A stretch of DNA of 64,000 bases from Halarcobacter sp. GTDB taxonomy: Bacteria; Campylobacterota; Campylobacteria; Campylobacterales; Arcobacteraceae. Positions 40,526-49,812 of this stretch are shown here, piece after piece (position 1 is the first letter of the stretch; every line of letters begins with the position of its first letter). The position numbers were made by a program, and so were the translations under genes. The notes under the pieces were generated by a model, which worked only from the letters and a program-made list of their open reading frames with translations, did no database searches and was not told the DNA's origin. The DNA lies in assembly GCA_048571215.1 (NCBI GenBank), contig CP182352.1, positions 2,656,001 through 2,720,000 of the forward strand, given 5' to 3'.

Positions 40526-40542
40526 AAGTTTAACTTTTACTT
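40520..40542. terminator. Bidirectional hairpin between rsfS and the small ORF
   Basis: AAGTAAAAGTT-t-AACTTTTACTT, spanning both stop codons. Confidence 0.55.
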
Positions 40543-40665
40543 ATCTGCTACTGGTGGTCTTAGAACTTTGTTATAATTACTAGCGGCATCTTTTGCACCA
40601 CCCATATTACCAGTCCAAATAGCTACACCTACGGCAATAACTAAAATAATAATTACCCACTTCAT
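40537..40665 (-). CDS. Small single-pass membrane protein, 42 aa (not in the ORF track)
   Basis: MKWVIIILVIAVGVAIWTGNMGGAKDAASNYNKVLRPPVADK; ATG overlaps the argS stop (TAATG), with AAGGAG upstream inside argS. Confidence 0.75.
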   Translation of the reverse strand: MKWVIIILVIAVGVAIWTGNMGGAKDAASNYNKVLRPPVADK

Positions 40666-42254
40666 TACATAGTCTCCTTAACTTTAATCCCTAACAAATT
40701 TAAAGCAACTTTAATAGTTAAAGCACTTAAACTTAACACCTTTAGATACTCATCTTGTTCTTTAGAATCAACTATTTTATACTCATTATAAAATCTATGA
40801 ATAGATGAAGCTAATGAATATAAATAATCTGTAATCTTTTGCATATCTCTTTTGTTAAATGCTTCATTTAAAATTGATGGTAAAAGTAGAGATTCAAAAA
40901 CTAAATTTAATCCATCTTCATTTAAATTTTCATAGGGTACATTTATAACATCTTCAAAAGATTTTTCAGCTTTTTTAAATACTTGATTTATTCTAGCATA
41001 AGCATAATTAATATAAAAAACAGGATTTGAACTATCTTGATTTTTTAATTTATCAATATCAAAATCCAAATGAGTATCACTTTTTTTTGTTAAAAATACA
41101 AATCTTAAAGCATCAGCACCTATCTCCTCAACAATATCAGACATAAGTATAACATTTCCTGCTCTTTTACTCATCTTGTATGGCTCGCCACCTTTTAGCA
41201 GTTGTACCATTTGAGAAAGTAAAACTTCTAGTTTTTCAGGCTCATATCCCAAAAATTTTATAGCAGCTTTTACCCTTGCTATATATCCATGGTGATCTGC
41301 ACCCCAGATATTAATATACTTATCATAAGCTCTATCATATTTATTTTTGTGATAGATAATATCACCTGCAAGGTATGTTGGTATTCCATTGTCTCTTACA
41401 ACAACCCTATCAACATCATCTCCAAATTTAGAAGATTTTATCCAGATTTTCTCATCTTTTTCATACAAAGAGCCATTATCTTCAAGAACTTTTTTAGTAT
41501 CTTCCCAATTTACATAAAGTGATTTTTCACTTACATAATTATCAAATACGATACCCAAATTGGACATATCTTTTTTGATTATCTCTAAAACTTTATCTTT
41601 GGCAAAAAGAGTCATCTCTTTTAATTTTGTTTCATCCTCAAAAATTTCTGTACCATATTTTGAAGCTAAATCTTGAGCAATATCTATTAAGTATTCACCT
41701 CGATAGTATTTTTCTGGATATTCAACATCTTTTTTAAGTACAAACTCTTGACCTGCTAAAGCTAAAGAGATAGCCAATAAATCCATTTGAGCACCTGCAT
41801 CATTTACATAATACTCAGTTGTGATATTATAACCCAAATGTCTTCCAACTTTGCAAAGGGAGTCACCTTGTATTGCACCCCTTGCATGTCCAATATGTAA
41901 AGGTCCAGTAGGATTTGCACTTACAAACTCTAAAAGGATTTTTTCCTCTTTTTGTTCCTCTTTACCATATTGATCTTTTAAAATCAAAACCTCTTTTGAT
42001 AAACTCTCTAAGAACTTTTTTGATAGTTTAAAATTGATAAAGCCTTTAACCGCTTCAACTTTTTCAAACATTTCACACTCATCAAACTTTGATACTAACT
42101 CATCTGCAATTATCATTGGAGATTTTCTAAACTCTTTTGCTAATGAAAAGGCAACAGGAGTTGCAAAATGCCCTAAAGAGATATCTTTTGGTTTTTCTAA
42201 TACAATTTGTGTTTGTAATATATTTTCAATATAATCTTTTACTTGTTTTTGCAA
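40665..42254 (-). CDS. argS: Arginine--tRNA ligase
   Basis: EFVSANPTGPLHIGHARGA, GADHHGY, KMSKRAG. Confidence 0.99.
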   Translation of the reverse strand: MQKQVKDYIENILQTQIVLEKPKDISLGHFATPVAFSLAKEFRKSPMIIADELVSKFDECEMFEKVEAVKGFINFKLSKKFLESLSKEVLILKDQYGKEEQKEEKILLEFVSANPTGPLHIGHARGAIQGDSLCKVGRHLGYNITTEYYVNDAGAQMDLLAISLALAGQEFVLKKDVEYPEKYYRGEYLIDIAQDLASKYGTEIFEDETKLKEMTLFAKDKVLEIIKKDMSNLGIVFDNYVSEKSLYVNWEDTKKVLEDNGSLYEKDEKIWIKSSKFGDDVDRVVVRDNGIPTYLAGDIIYHKNKYDRAYDKYINIWGADHHGYIARVKAAIKFLGYEPEKLEVLLSQMVQLLKGGEPYKMSKRAGNVILMSDIVEEIGADALRFVFLTKKSDTHLDFDIDKLKNQDSSNPVFYINYAYARINQVFKKAEKSFEDVINVPYENLNEDGLNLVFESLLLPSILNEAFNKRDMQKITDYLYSLASSIHRFYNEYKIVDSKEQDEYLKVLSLSALTIKVALNLLGIKVKETM

Positions 42255-42266
42255 TCTTTTTGCTTC

Positions 42267-42497
42267 CTATACAGTTTTAGTTTCGTTTTTATCTTCAGTT
42301 TTTTGTTCTGTTTTCTTCTCTATTTCGTCATTTTTATCAGCAGAAGCAACTTCCTCTTCATCATCTTTTACAGCTTTTTTGAAGTTTTTAATACCGCTTC
42401 CTAATCCTTTAGCTAGTTCTGGAATCTTCTTTCCACCAAATAACAACAATACTACTAAAGCAATTAATACCCATTCCATACCACCAGGTAAACCCAT
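42267..42497 (-). CDS. tatA: Twin-arginine translocase TatA
   Basis: [26 protein letters not shown]. Confidence 0.97.
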   Translation of the reverse strand: MGLPGGMEWVLIALVVLLLFGGKKIPELAKGLGSGIKNFKKAVKDDEEEVASADKNDEIEKKTEQKTEDKNETKTV

Positions 42498-42591
42498 ATG
42501 AAATCCTTAATCTTAAATTTTTTAGGATTTATTATATCTTTTTGAAGCTTAAATAAATTTAGAAGTAATTGCAAGATACTTTATATCTAGG

Positions 42592-42978
42592 CTATTTAAT
42601 TAAAAAATGAAGTAATTTATATCCACTAGCTGCTGCTAAAATTGTACCAAATAGATTTAGTGCCATATTTGTTAATCCCAATACAATTGATGTTTGAAGT
42701 AAAAAAAAGCTCTCAATAGCAAAAGTTGAATATGTGGTTAAGGCTCCTAAAAATCCTGTAGTTAAAAATGCTTTTAAATTATCTGGTAAATTGTAGTGTA
42801 AAAAAAGAGCAAAAAGTAAACCAATAATAAAACTTCCTAAGACATTAACTAAAAGTATTCCTACCGGGAATTCATATGGTATATATCTATTTACTAAATG
42901 CACTGTATAAGCCCTAGCAATTGCACCTAAAAAACCACCTAATCCTATAGCTACAAGTGTTTGCCAGGAGATACTCAT
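42592..42978 (-). CDS. crcB: Fluoride channel CrcB/FluC
   Basis: GGFLGAIAR, VNVLGSF, TGFLGALTTYSTF. Confidence 0.96.
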   Translation of the reverse strand: MSISWQTLVAIGLGGFLGAIARAYTVHLVNRYIPYEFPVGILLVNVLGSFIIGLLFALFLHYNLPDNLKAFLTTGFLGALTTYSTFAIESFFLLQTSIVLGLTNMALNLFGTILAAASGYKLLHFLIK

Positions 42979-43658
42979 GATTTTGATATCTCCTCTTTAA
43001 ATACTCTATTCATATCTTCTTCAAGCTTCTCAAACCAATCAGTTTTTTTATCTGCTTGTACTGGGTCTAAATAGATAACTTTTACAATCCCAGGTTTTTG
43101 TTTAAGAGATTTAGAATCTAATATATCCCTTGTATTTAATATAATAGCTGGTTGAACTTTTAGATTAAATTTATTTGCTATCATTTTAGCACCAGACTTA
43201 AACTTTAACATCTTTTTTCCACTGCTTCTTGTTCCTTCAGGGAATACTGCTATTGGTCTACCCTTAGATAATCTATCTTTACAATCTCTTAAAAGTGATA
43301 TGATTCCTGCTTTATCTTCTCTATCAACAGATATCATACTTGGTGCTTTTATAATATGTCCAAAAAACATAAGGTCTGTAATCTCTTTTTTTGCAATCCA
43401 TGCTAAATTTCTTGGGTGAATATATTCCATTACTATGATATCTAATAAACTTTGATGGTTTAGTAGAACCATATCACAACTAGTATCAAGTTCTCCATGC
43501 TCTTCTAATTTTATTCCTAAAAGATACATTTGAATATTCATCCAAGTTTTAATAACTTTATGGGTATGGTTTCTAAATGCATACATAAAAATAATTACAA
43601 TTCCCACAGTAATTGAAAATTGTATCAGTACAATAAAACCTCTAATTCTTGATAACAT
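42975..43658 (-). CDS. plsC: 1-acyl-sn-glycerol-3-phosphate acyltransferase
   Basis: NHQSLLD, AKKE, FPEGTRS. Confidence 0.93.
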   Translation of the reverse strand: MLSRIRGFIVLIQFSITVGIVIIFMYAFRNHTHKVIKTWMNIQMYLLGIKLEEHGELDTSCDMVLLNHQSLLDIIVMEYIHPRNLAWIAKKEITDLMFFGHIIKAPSMISVDREDKAGIISLLRDCKDRLSKGRPIAVFPEGTRSSGKKMLKFKSGAKMIANKFNLKVQPAIILNTRDILDSKSLKQKPGIVKVIYLDPVQADKKTDWFEKLEEDMNRVFKEEISKS

Positions 43659-44799
43659 CTTCTTCTTTTACCCAACCAATATATTTATTTTCATTGCTTT
43701 TAAACATAATCTTAACAAAGCCATTTTTTCTTTTCATATCTTCTACGATAGTTTGTTTTGAACTCTTTTGAAATATTGTAGAGTTTTTAGTTGGCAAAAT
43801 ATATATAACACTATTTGCTTTTAATTTTACAGTTTTATTAGGCATAACAAAAATTATAAAAAATATTAGTGAAATTAAAAACAGTGTTAAATATAGATAT
43901 TTTCTTTTCCAAATAAATAAAATCAAAAATATTAGAGCTATTACAGCTACTATGATTTTTTTATAAAACTCAAAATTTGAATTATTTGGGTTTAAATCTG
44001 TTTGTGTACTTACTAACTCTTCATCAAATTTTATTGGTATTATTACTTTTTCTAAACGATTTGTTTCAGTATTAAAATAGCTAAATATTATAGATTGTGT
44101 ATGAATAGGTATAACAACATAATATATCATATGCTGTTTTGGATACTCATCTTCAATCAATGTTATCCCCTGCTCTTCAAATCCATTTATACTAAAATCT
44201 TCCAAGTTTGAATCAATAGCTTGTATATCAATAACTGTCAAAGCCTCTTTATTTGTGTATTGTTTACTTTTAGATTCAAAAATAGTTAAATCTTTTGCAA
44301 TAACATTTGAGAAGACTTTATCCCCTTTTGCCACATCTAAAAAGTTTATTTCAGGAGATTTCAATACTCTTTGTTCTACAAGTTCCCCATTATTATACAA
44401 GCTAACTTGAATATCTGGCAATTTAAAGTTTTTTTCATAAGATTTAAAATAAAAACTATTTACATAAGTGTTTTTAACATTTTCCAATGGTTCCCACTTA
44501 TTGTCTTTATTTAATGGTTCCATATTTAAACCATTTAAAAAATCAGTTTTAATTGTATCAAAATTGTTTCTTGTTATTAAAGCCTTGATTTTTACTTCAA
44601 ATCTTTGATTTTTATATATATTTTTAGGATAATCAATATACGACAAGTACAAGTTTTTTGAGTCATAATATACTTGATTTTGCTCAACTTGTGTATTAGT
44701 ATTACTTTGATCAAAAACCGAGCTCTCATCATTAGTAAATTCATTATTCGCTAATAATGTTGAAATAAGCAATAAAAATAATAATACTAATCTTTTCAC
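43642..44799 (-). CDS. Exported/membrane protein with C-terminal SH3-like domain (Campylobacterota conserved hypothetical)
   Basis: Signal peptide, two TMs near the C-terminus, YILPT.NSTIF...IGWVK. Confidence 0.6.
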   Translation of the reverse strand: MKRLVLLFLLLISTLLANNEFTNDESSVFDQSNTNTQVEQNQVYYDSKNLYLSYIDYPKNIYKNQRFEVKIKALITRNNFDTIKTDFLNGLNMEPLNKDNKWEPLENVKNTYVNSFYFKSYEKNFKLPDIQVSLYNNGELVEQRVLKSPEINFLDVAKGDKVFSNVIAKDLTIFESKSKQYTNKEALTVIDIQAIDSNLEDFSINGFEEQGITLIEDEYPKQHMIYYVVIPIHTQSIIFSYFNTETNRLEKVIIPIKFDEELVSTQTDLNPNNSNFEFYKKIIVAVIALIFLILFIWKRKYLYLTLFLISLIFFIIFVMPNKTVKLKANSVIYILPTKNSTIFQKSSKQTIVEDMKRKNGFVKIMFKSNENKYIGWVKEEDVIKN

Positions 44800-45470
44800 T
44801 ACTTTAAAAACCCTTTTAACATAGCTACACCATCAGAACAACCTAAAACATCCTCCATCGCTCTTTCTGGATGTGGCATAAGTCCAAATACATTTTTATC
44901 TTTATTACAAATACCTGCTATATTTGCAACAGAACCATTTAAATTTTGTGTTTCCCCATTCTCATCACAATATTTTAAAAGTATTTGCCCATTTGCTTCT
45001 AGCTCTTTTAAACTCTCTTGGTCTATAAAATAGTTACCATCATGGTGAGCTACTGGGATATTTACAACTTCATCTTTTTTAAGTCTTGATAAAAAGATAT
45101 TATCGTTATTTATAACCTTTAGATGATTGAATTTAGAGATAAAATGTAAAGAATCATTTCTTTTCATAGCCCCAGGAAGAAGTCCTGCTTCTAAAAGGAT
45201 TTGAAAGCCATTACAAATTCCTAAAACTTTTCCACCATTTGCAGCATATGCTTGAACAGATTCCATTATATTTGCAAATCTTGCAATTGCCCCACTTCTT
45301 AAATAATCCCCATAAGAGAACCCACCAGGTATTACTAATAAATCAATATTTTCTGGTAATTTACTCTCTTTATGCCAAACAATTGTTACATCACAACCAA
45401 GCATCTCAAAAGCATACTTAGTATCATATTCACAATTTGTACCTGGAAATTGTAATACAGCTACATTCAT
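44799..45470 (-). CDS. purQ: Phosphoribosylformylglycinamidine synthase subunit PurQ
   Basis: FPGTNC, PGGFSYGDYLR, GICNGFQ, MPHPER. Confidence 0.98.
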   Translation of the reverse strand: MNVAVLQFPGTNCEYDTKYAFEMLGCDVTIVWHKESKLPENIDLLVIPGGFSYGDYLRSGAIARFANIMESVQAYAANGGKVLGICNGFQILLEAGLLPGAMKRNDSLHFISKFNHLKVINNDNIFLSRLKKDEVVNIPVAHHDGNYFIDQESLKELEANGQILLKYCDENGETQNLNGSVANIAGICNKDKNVFGLMPHPERAMEDVLGCSDGVAMLKGFLK

Positions 45471-45474
45471 ACTA

Positions 45475-45720
45475 CTAACCTACAATTTCTATATCATAAT
45501 CTTCAATAACAGTATTTGCTAAAAGTTTTTCACACATTTTAGTAACTTCTGCTCTTGCTTCCTCTTCATTAAGTGCATTAAGTTCCATAATGATTTGTTT
45601 CCCAACTCTTACATCTTTAATAATATCTTTAAATCCTAAAGTATCTAAAGCATGATGAGTTGCCTTACCTTGATCGTCTAATACACCCTTTTTTAATGCC
45701 ACATTAACAATTGCTTTCAT
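45475..45720 (-). CDS. purS: Phosphoribosylformylglycinamidine synthase subunit PurS
   Basis: LKKGVLD.QG, VRVGK, LLANTVIEDY. Confidence 0.97.
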   Translation of the reverse strand: MKAIVNVALKKGVLDDQGKATHHALDTLGFKDIIKDVRVGKQIIMELNALNEEEARAEVTKMCEKLLANTVIEDYDIEIVG

Positions 45721-45787
45721 TTATTCCCTTCAATTTATATTTTCGCGATTATATCTAAAACCACCTTTAGCAGTTTCAAAGTAAATA

Positions 45788-46741
45788 CTATTTGCTCAAT
45801 CTATTATAGATTGTGCTATACCCTTTTAAAATCTCATTTTTAATAGAATCTGGAACTTCTACATCTAGTTTTTCACCAGCTTTTAAATCTTTTGCTTTCT
45901 CTTTCCAGTTATTTTCTTTTGCAAAATTACGAAGAATTTGTTTATCCATTGAGATATAATTTTTTGCATCAAAATCCTCTTTTGCAATAAATCTTGAACT
46001 CTCAGGGGTTAAAACTTCATCACCAAGAACCCATTCACCTTTTGAGTTAACAAATATTTCAAATTTTGTATCTACTACTATAATCCCATTATCTTCAGCA
46101 TATTTAGTAAAATCTTTAAATAGTTTTTCCATACTTGAAATAATATCAGGAAATTTTTTTCTAACATTTGAAGAATTTAAAGGTTCATCTTTAATCCCTT
46201 TAGTTGTTGGAGTAAAAATTGGTGTATCAAATTTATGCCATTGTGATAAGTTATTAGCTAACTCTAAACCATAAGGATCATTTCCTTTTTGACAAGCTTC
46301 AAATAAAGACCCTGTTAGATAATTTCTAAAAATAAACTCAAATTGAACAAGATCTCCTTCAATTTCAGCTTCTAAGGGTTTGCATAATTCCATAACTTGA
46401 CATCTAGGTGCTATACTCAAAGATTCATCTATAGTTTCAGATAAAATAGCAGTTCTAATACCAGCTTTTTTTGCAAATTCTGCACCACTATTAGAAATAG
46501 CTGTTTGCCATACACCTTTTCCTTCAATCTCAAGATTTAATGGAATATCAAAAACAGAACATCTATCACTTCTTACTAATAAAACTTTCGCTTCATCTCC
46601 TGAGCAAGTATAAAGGTCTGCATTTTTTCCAATATAAAATAGATTATATCCCAACTCTTCTAGTTGAGATATACCTTTTTGTGTTGTAGTTTTTTTTGAT
46701 TGTGGCCAAAGTCCAAGTGCTACAATATCACTTATTTTCAT
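45788..46741 (-). CDS. purC: SAICAR synthetase (long type)
   Basis: GKNADLY, SDRCSVFD, PIFTPTTK, DTKFE, DEVLTPESSRF, DKQILR. Confidence 0.92.
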   Translation of the reverse strand: MKISDIVALGLWPQSKKTTTQKGISQLEELGYNLFYIGKNADLYTCSGDEAKVLLVRSDRCSVFDIPLNLEIEGKGVWQTAISNSGAEFAKKAGIRTAILSETIDESLSIAPRCQVMELCKPLEAEIEGDLVQFEFIFRNYLTGSLFEACQKGNDPYGLELANNLSQWHKFDTPIFTPTTKGIKDEPLNSSNVRKKFPDIISSMEKLFKDFTKYAEDNGIIVVDTKFEIFVNSKGEWVLGDEVLTPESSRFIAKEDFDAKNYISMDKQILRNFAKENNWKEKAKDLKAGEKLDVEVPDSIKNEILKGYSTIYNRLSK

Positions 46742-46753
46742 CTAATCTCCTAG

Positions 46754-48043
46754 CTATTTATTAATTATAATTAATGATTTTAAAATACCAATTGCAGTAT
46801 TTAATTGATTATCTTTTGCAATATCCTCTGCTTCTATAACTTTTTTATCTTTTACTTCAATCTTTTTCTTTTTCACTCCATTGTCTTTTTCAAGTTCAAC
46901 CTTTAAGTGTTTTTTTAAGTCAGCTTCTTTTATCTTAAACACATTATCATCTGCTGTTACACTTTCACCTGGATAAGCAATAACATCAGGAGTTATTCCT
47001 GTAGCTTGGATTGTTCTTCCACTTGGAAGATAATACTTTGCAATAGTTAATTTAATATTTTCACTTCTATCTTGGGTTATAGGAAGTACTGCTTGTACTG
47101 AACCCTTACCAAAAGTTTTTTCACCAACTATAATTGCTCTTTTATGGTCTTGTAATGCCCCACTTACAATCTCAGAAGCTGAAGCAGAACCACCATTTAC
47201 TAATACAACCATTGGTACTTTTGAGATTGTAGTTGTTGTTTTTGCATCAAACTTTTCTTCATCAGCAGCATCTCTTCCCTTTTGAGAAACAATCACTCCA
47301 CTATCAACAAAAAGATCAACGGTTCCAATTGCTTGTGTTAATAATCCACCTGGATTATTTCTTAAGTCTAAAATTATTCCATCAATTTTAGGATTGTCTT
47401 TTAATGCTTTTCTTAAGTCTCTTGTAACTTTTCTATCAAAACTTGAAACTCTTAAATAAAGTAAGTTTTCATTTTCTATAATTTTTGCAAAAACCGAATC
47501 GATTTTGATTATATCTCTAATAATATCTATTTTAATAGGTTTATTTTCCCCTTTTCTTACAACTGTAAGTTCAATTGGAGTTTTAGGTTTACCTCTCATC
47601 AAAGATACTGCCTCATCAAGTGTCATATTTAATGTTGATACATTATCAATTTTTAAGATTATATCACCCGCTTTCATACCCGCTTTAAATGCAGGAGTAC
47701 CATCAATTGGTGATATAACAGTGATAGCACCATCTCTCATACCAACAGTGATTCCAAGTCCACCAAATTCACCTTGAGTTTGTATACTCATCTCTTTTGT
47801 TGATTTTTTATCTAAGTAAGTTGAATGGGCATCAAGCTCTTGCATTAAACCCTTTAATGCTTTGTCTACTATTTGTTCTAAGTCGATATCATCAACATAA
47901 TATTTTTCTACTGTACCAATAACCTGAGTTAACTTTGACAAAGATTCAAATCTACTTAGGTTTTTATCTTTTTCAGTCTCTTTTGCTGTAATTGATTGTG
48001 ATAGAAATAAAACTAAAGTTGAAATTAGTAAAAATTTATTCAT
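46754..48043 (-). CDS. ctpA: S41 family C-terminal processing protease with PDZ domain
   Basis: FGGLGI PDZ, DLRNNPGGLL, SASASEIV, TFGKGSVQ. Confidence 0.95.
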   Translation of the reverse strand: MNKFLLISTLVLFLSQSITAKETEKDKNLSRFESLSKLTQVIGTVEKYYVDDIDLEQIVDKALKGLMQELDAHSTYLDKKSTKEMSIQTQGEFGGLGITVGMRDGAITVISPIDGTPAFKAGMKAGDIILKIDNVSTLNMTLDEAVSLMRGKPKTPIELTVVRKGENKPIKIDIIRDIIKIDSVFAKIIENENLLYLRVSSFDRKVTRDLRKALKDNPKIDGIILDLRNNPGGLLTQAIGTVDLFVDSGVIVSQKGRDAADEEKFDAKTTTTISKVPMVVLVNGGSASASEIVSGALQDHKRAIIVGEKTFGKGSVQAVLPITQDRSENIKLTIAKYYLPSGRTIQATGITPDVIAYPGESVTADDNVFKIKEADLKKHLKVELEKDNGVKKKKIEVKDKKVIEAEDIAKDNQLNTAIGILKSLIIINK

Positions 48044-48160
48044 TATCTACCTTTATTTGTTTGTTTATTAAGAGCAAGTATTATATAAAAGTTTATATAA
48101 AAGTAAGATTTTATCATTTTTTTTGTATTATTTAACCTTAAATTTTAGGGAAGGTTTTAT

Positions 48161-48730
48161 ATGAGTCTTAAAGAGAACGTAGATTATGTAAAAGATGAAT
48201 TAAGTAGTGAAGAGAAATTTTTAGAGAGTTTTGTAAAAGTTGAAAGATTTTATAAAAAAAATAAATTAATAGTATTGCTTGCAATTGTCATAATTGTTTC
48301 AATAGTTGCTGGAACTTATATTGCAAAAAGCATTCAAGCCAATCAAAAATATGAAGCTAACATTGCTTTTAATAAAGTTTTAGAAAATCCAAAAGATGCC
48401 CAGGCATTAAAAACATTAAAAGAAAATGATGAGAAACTATACGACTTAGCTAAATATATTCAAGATAAAAATTATAATACAAATATTAAATATCTAAAAG
48501 AATTAGTTGAGTATAAAAAAGCCTTAGAAAAAAACAATATAGAAAAACTAAATACACTATCTATGCAAAATGATTTTTTATTAAAAGATTTTGCCATATT
48601 TAACAAAGCCTTAATACTTACAAATGAGGGGAAATATGAGGATGCAAAAACTGCTCTTAGATTAATCCCTGAAAGTTCAAAAGTAAATGACTTGGCAAAT
48701 GTACTAAAACACTATCTTGTTACTAAATAG
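48161..48730 (+). CDS. Membrane-anchored TPR-like protein (YfgM-like)
   Basis: Short cytoplasmic N-terminus, single TM, helical domain ending with a TPR-like ALILTNEGKYEDAKTAL. Confidence 0.65.
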   Translation: MSLKENVDYVKDELSSEEKFLESFVKVERFYKKNKLIVLLAIVIIVSIVAGTYIAKSIQANQKYEANIAFNKVLENPKDAQALKTLKENDEKLYDLAKYIQDKNYNTNIKYLKELVEYKKALEKNNIEKLNTLSMQNDFLLKDFAIFNKALILTNEGKYEDAKTALRLIPESSKVNDLANVLKHYLVTK

Positions 48731-48742
48731 TAAGGAAACCTT

Positions 48743-49717
48743 ATGAAATATATATTAAATTTAATCTTAGCTATTTTTATTTTAGCTGGATGTGCTGGAA
48801 AAGAGTTTTATGAACCAGAAGATACAGTTGGAAGTTATGATAATACAACAGAATACTTAAATGGTGATATTGTTTCTATGAATAAAGATGGGGCAACCTT
48901 AGATAATGGAGAAATTATTACAAAAAGAGGTGTTTCAAAATTCACTATAGCAGAGGGATTTAACTTTTTAAATATTAGTGAAAATAAAGTTATAACATCT
49001 AACTATAAAGATAAAGTTATGATTGAGGATAAAGTTTTTGATGTAAATGGAGTTGTTGTAGCAGCAACACTTCAAAAAAATATGTTAGCTCTTCTTTTTT
49101 CAGATAACTCAATTCAACTTTTTAATACAGATACTAAAAAAATCTTATTAAAAGAGTATTTTTCCCACTCATTTGTAAATGATACAAGAATAGCAAATCC
49201 ATATTTTATGAGTAATATTATTCTTTTCCCTACATTAGATGGTAAAATAGTTATTGTTTCACAAGCGAATAACCAAATCATAAAAAATATTGTTGTTGAT
49301 GCAGATGGACAATTCAACAATATTATCTTTTTAGATGTTGTAGATGACACACTAATAGCTGCAACATCTAATAAAATTATCACTGTTGGTAATGATTCTT
49401 TAAATATAAAAGATTACAGTTTAAGAGATATAATTGTTCATAACAACACTATTTTTATAGCTACCATTGATGGTCAAATAATAAAACTTGATATTGCACT
49501 TAATGAACTAGCTAAGAGAAAATATAAGTTTGCAAAAATTTATGCCTTGGCATATGGAACCTCTTTGTATGCTTTAGAATCACAAGAGTATTTAATAAAT
49601 TTGTCTGATGATTTTAAAACTGAAAAAATATATGATTTTAGTTTCGACAATGAAGAAAAAGTAATAGCTCTTGGAGATACAATATATTATAATGATGAGT
49701 ATGTTATTTTAAAATAA
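48743..49717 (+). CDS. Lipoprotein with probable beta-propeller fold
   Basis: Lipobox LAGC; PQQ-like blade motifs ILFPTLDGKIVIV and IFIATIDGQIIKLD. Confidence 0.7.
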   Translation: MKYILNLILAIFILAGCAGKEFYEPEDTVGSYDNTTEYLNGDIVSMNKDGATLDNGEIITKRGVSKFTIAEGFNFLNISENKVITSNYKDKVMIEDKVFDVNGVVVAATLQKNMLALLFSDNSIQLFNTDTKKILLKEYFSHSFVNDTRIANPYFMSNIILFPTLDGKIVIVSQANNQIIKNIVVDADGQFNNIIFLDVVDDTLIAATSNKIITVGNDSLNIKDYSLRDIIVHNNTIFIATIDGQIIKLDIALNELAKRKYKFAKIYALAYGTSLYALESQEYLINLSDDFKTEKIYDFSFDNEEKVIALGDTIYYNDEYVILK

Positions 49718-49812
49718 CACTCATCATAATAATACCCATTATAAAAATCAAGCTATATAAAAATAATAAAACAAATCCCATAAATAAATCTTTTTTTAGA
49801 TAAAATACCTCT

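Noticed and set aside
42979..43060. Fluoride riboswitch upstream of crcB
   Set aside because: The crcB start overlaps the plsC stop; there is no leader and no riboswitch consensus was seen.
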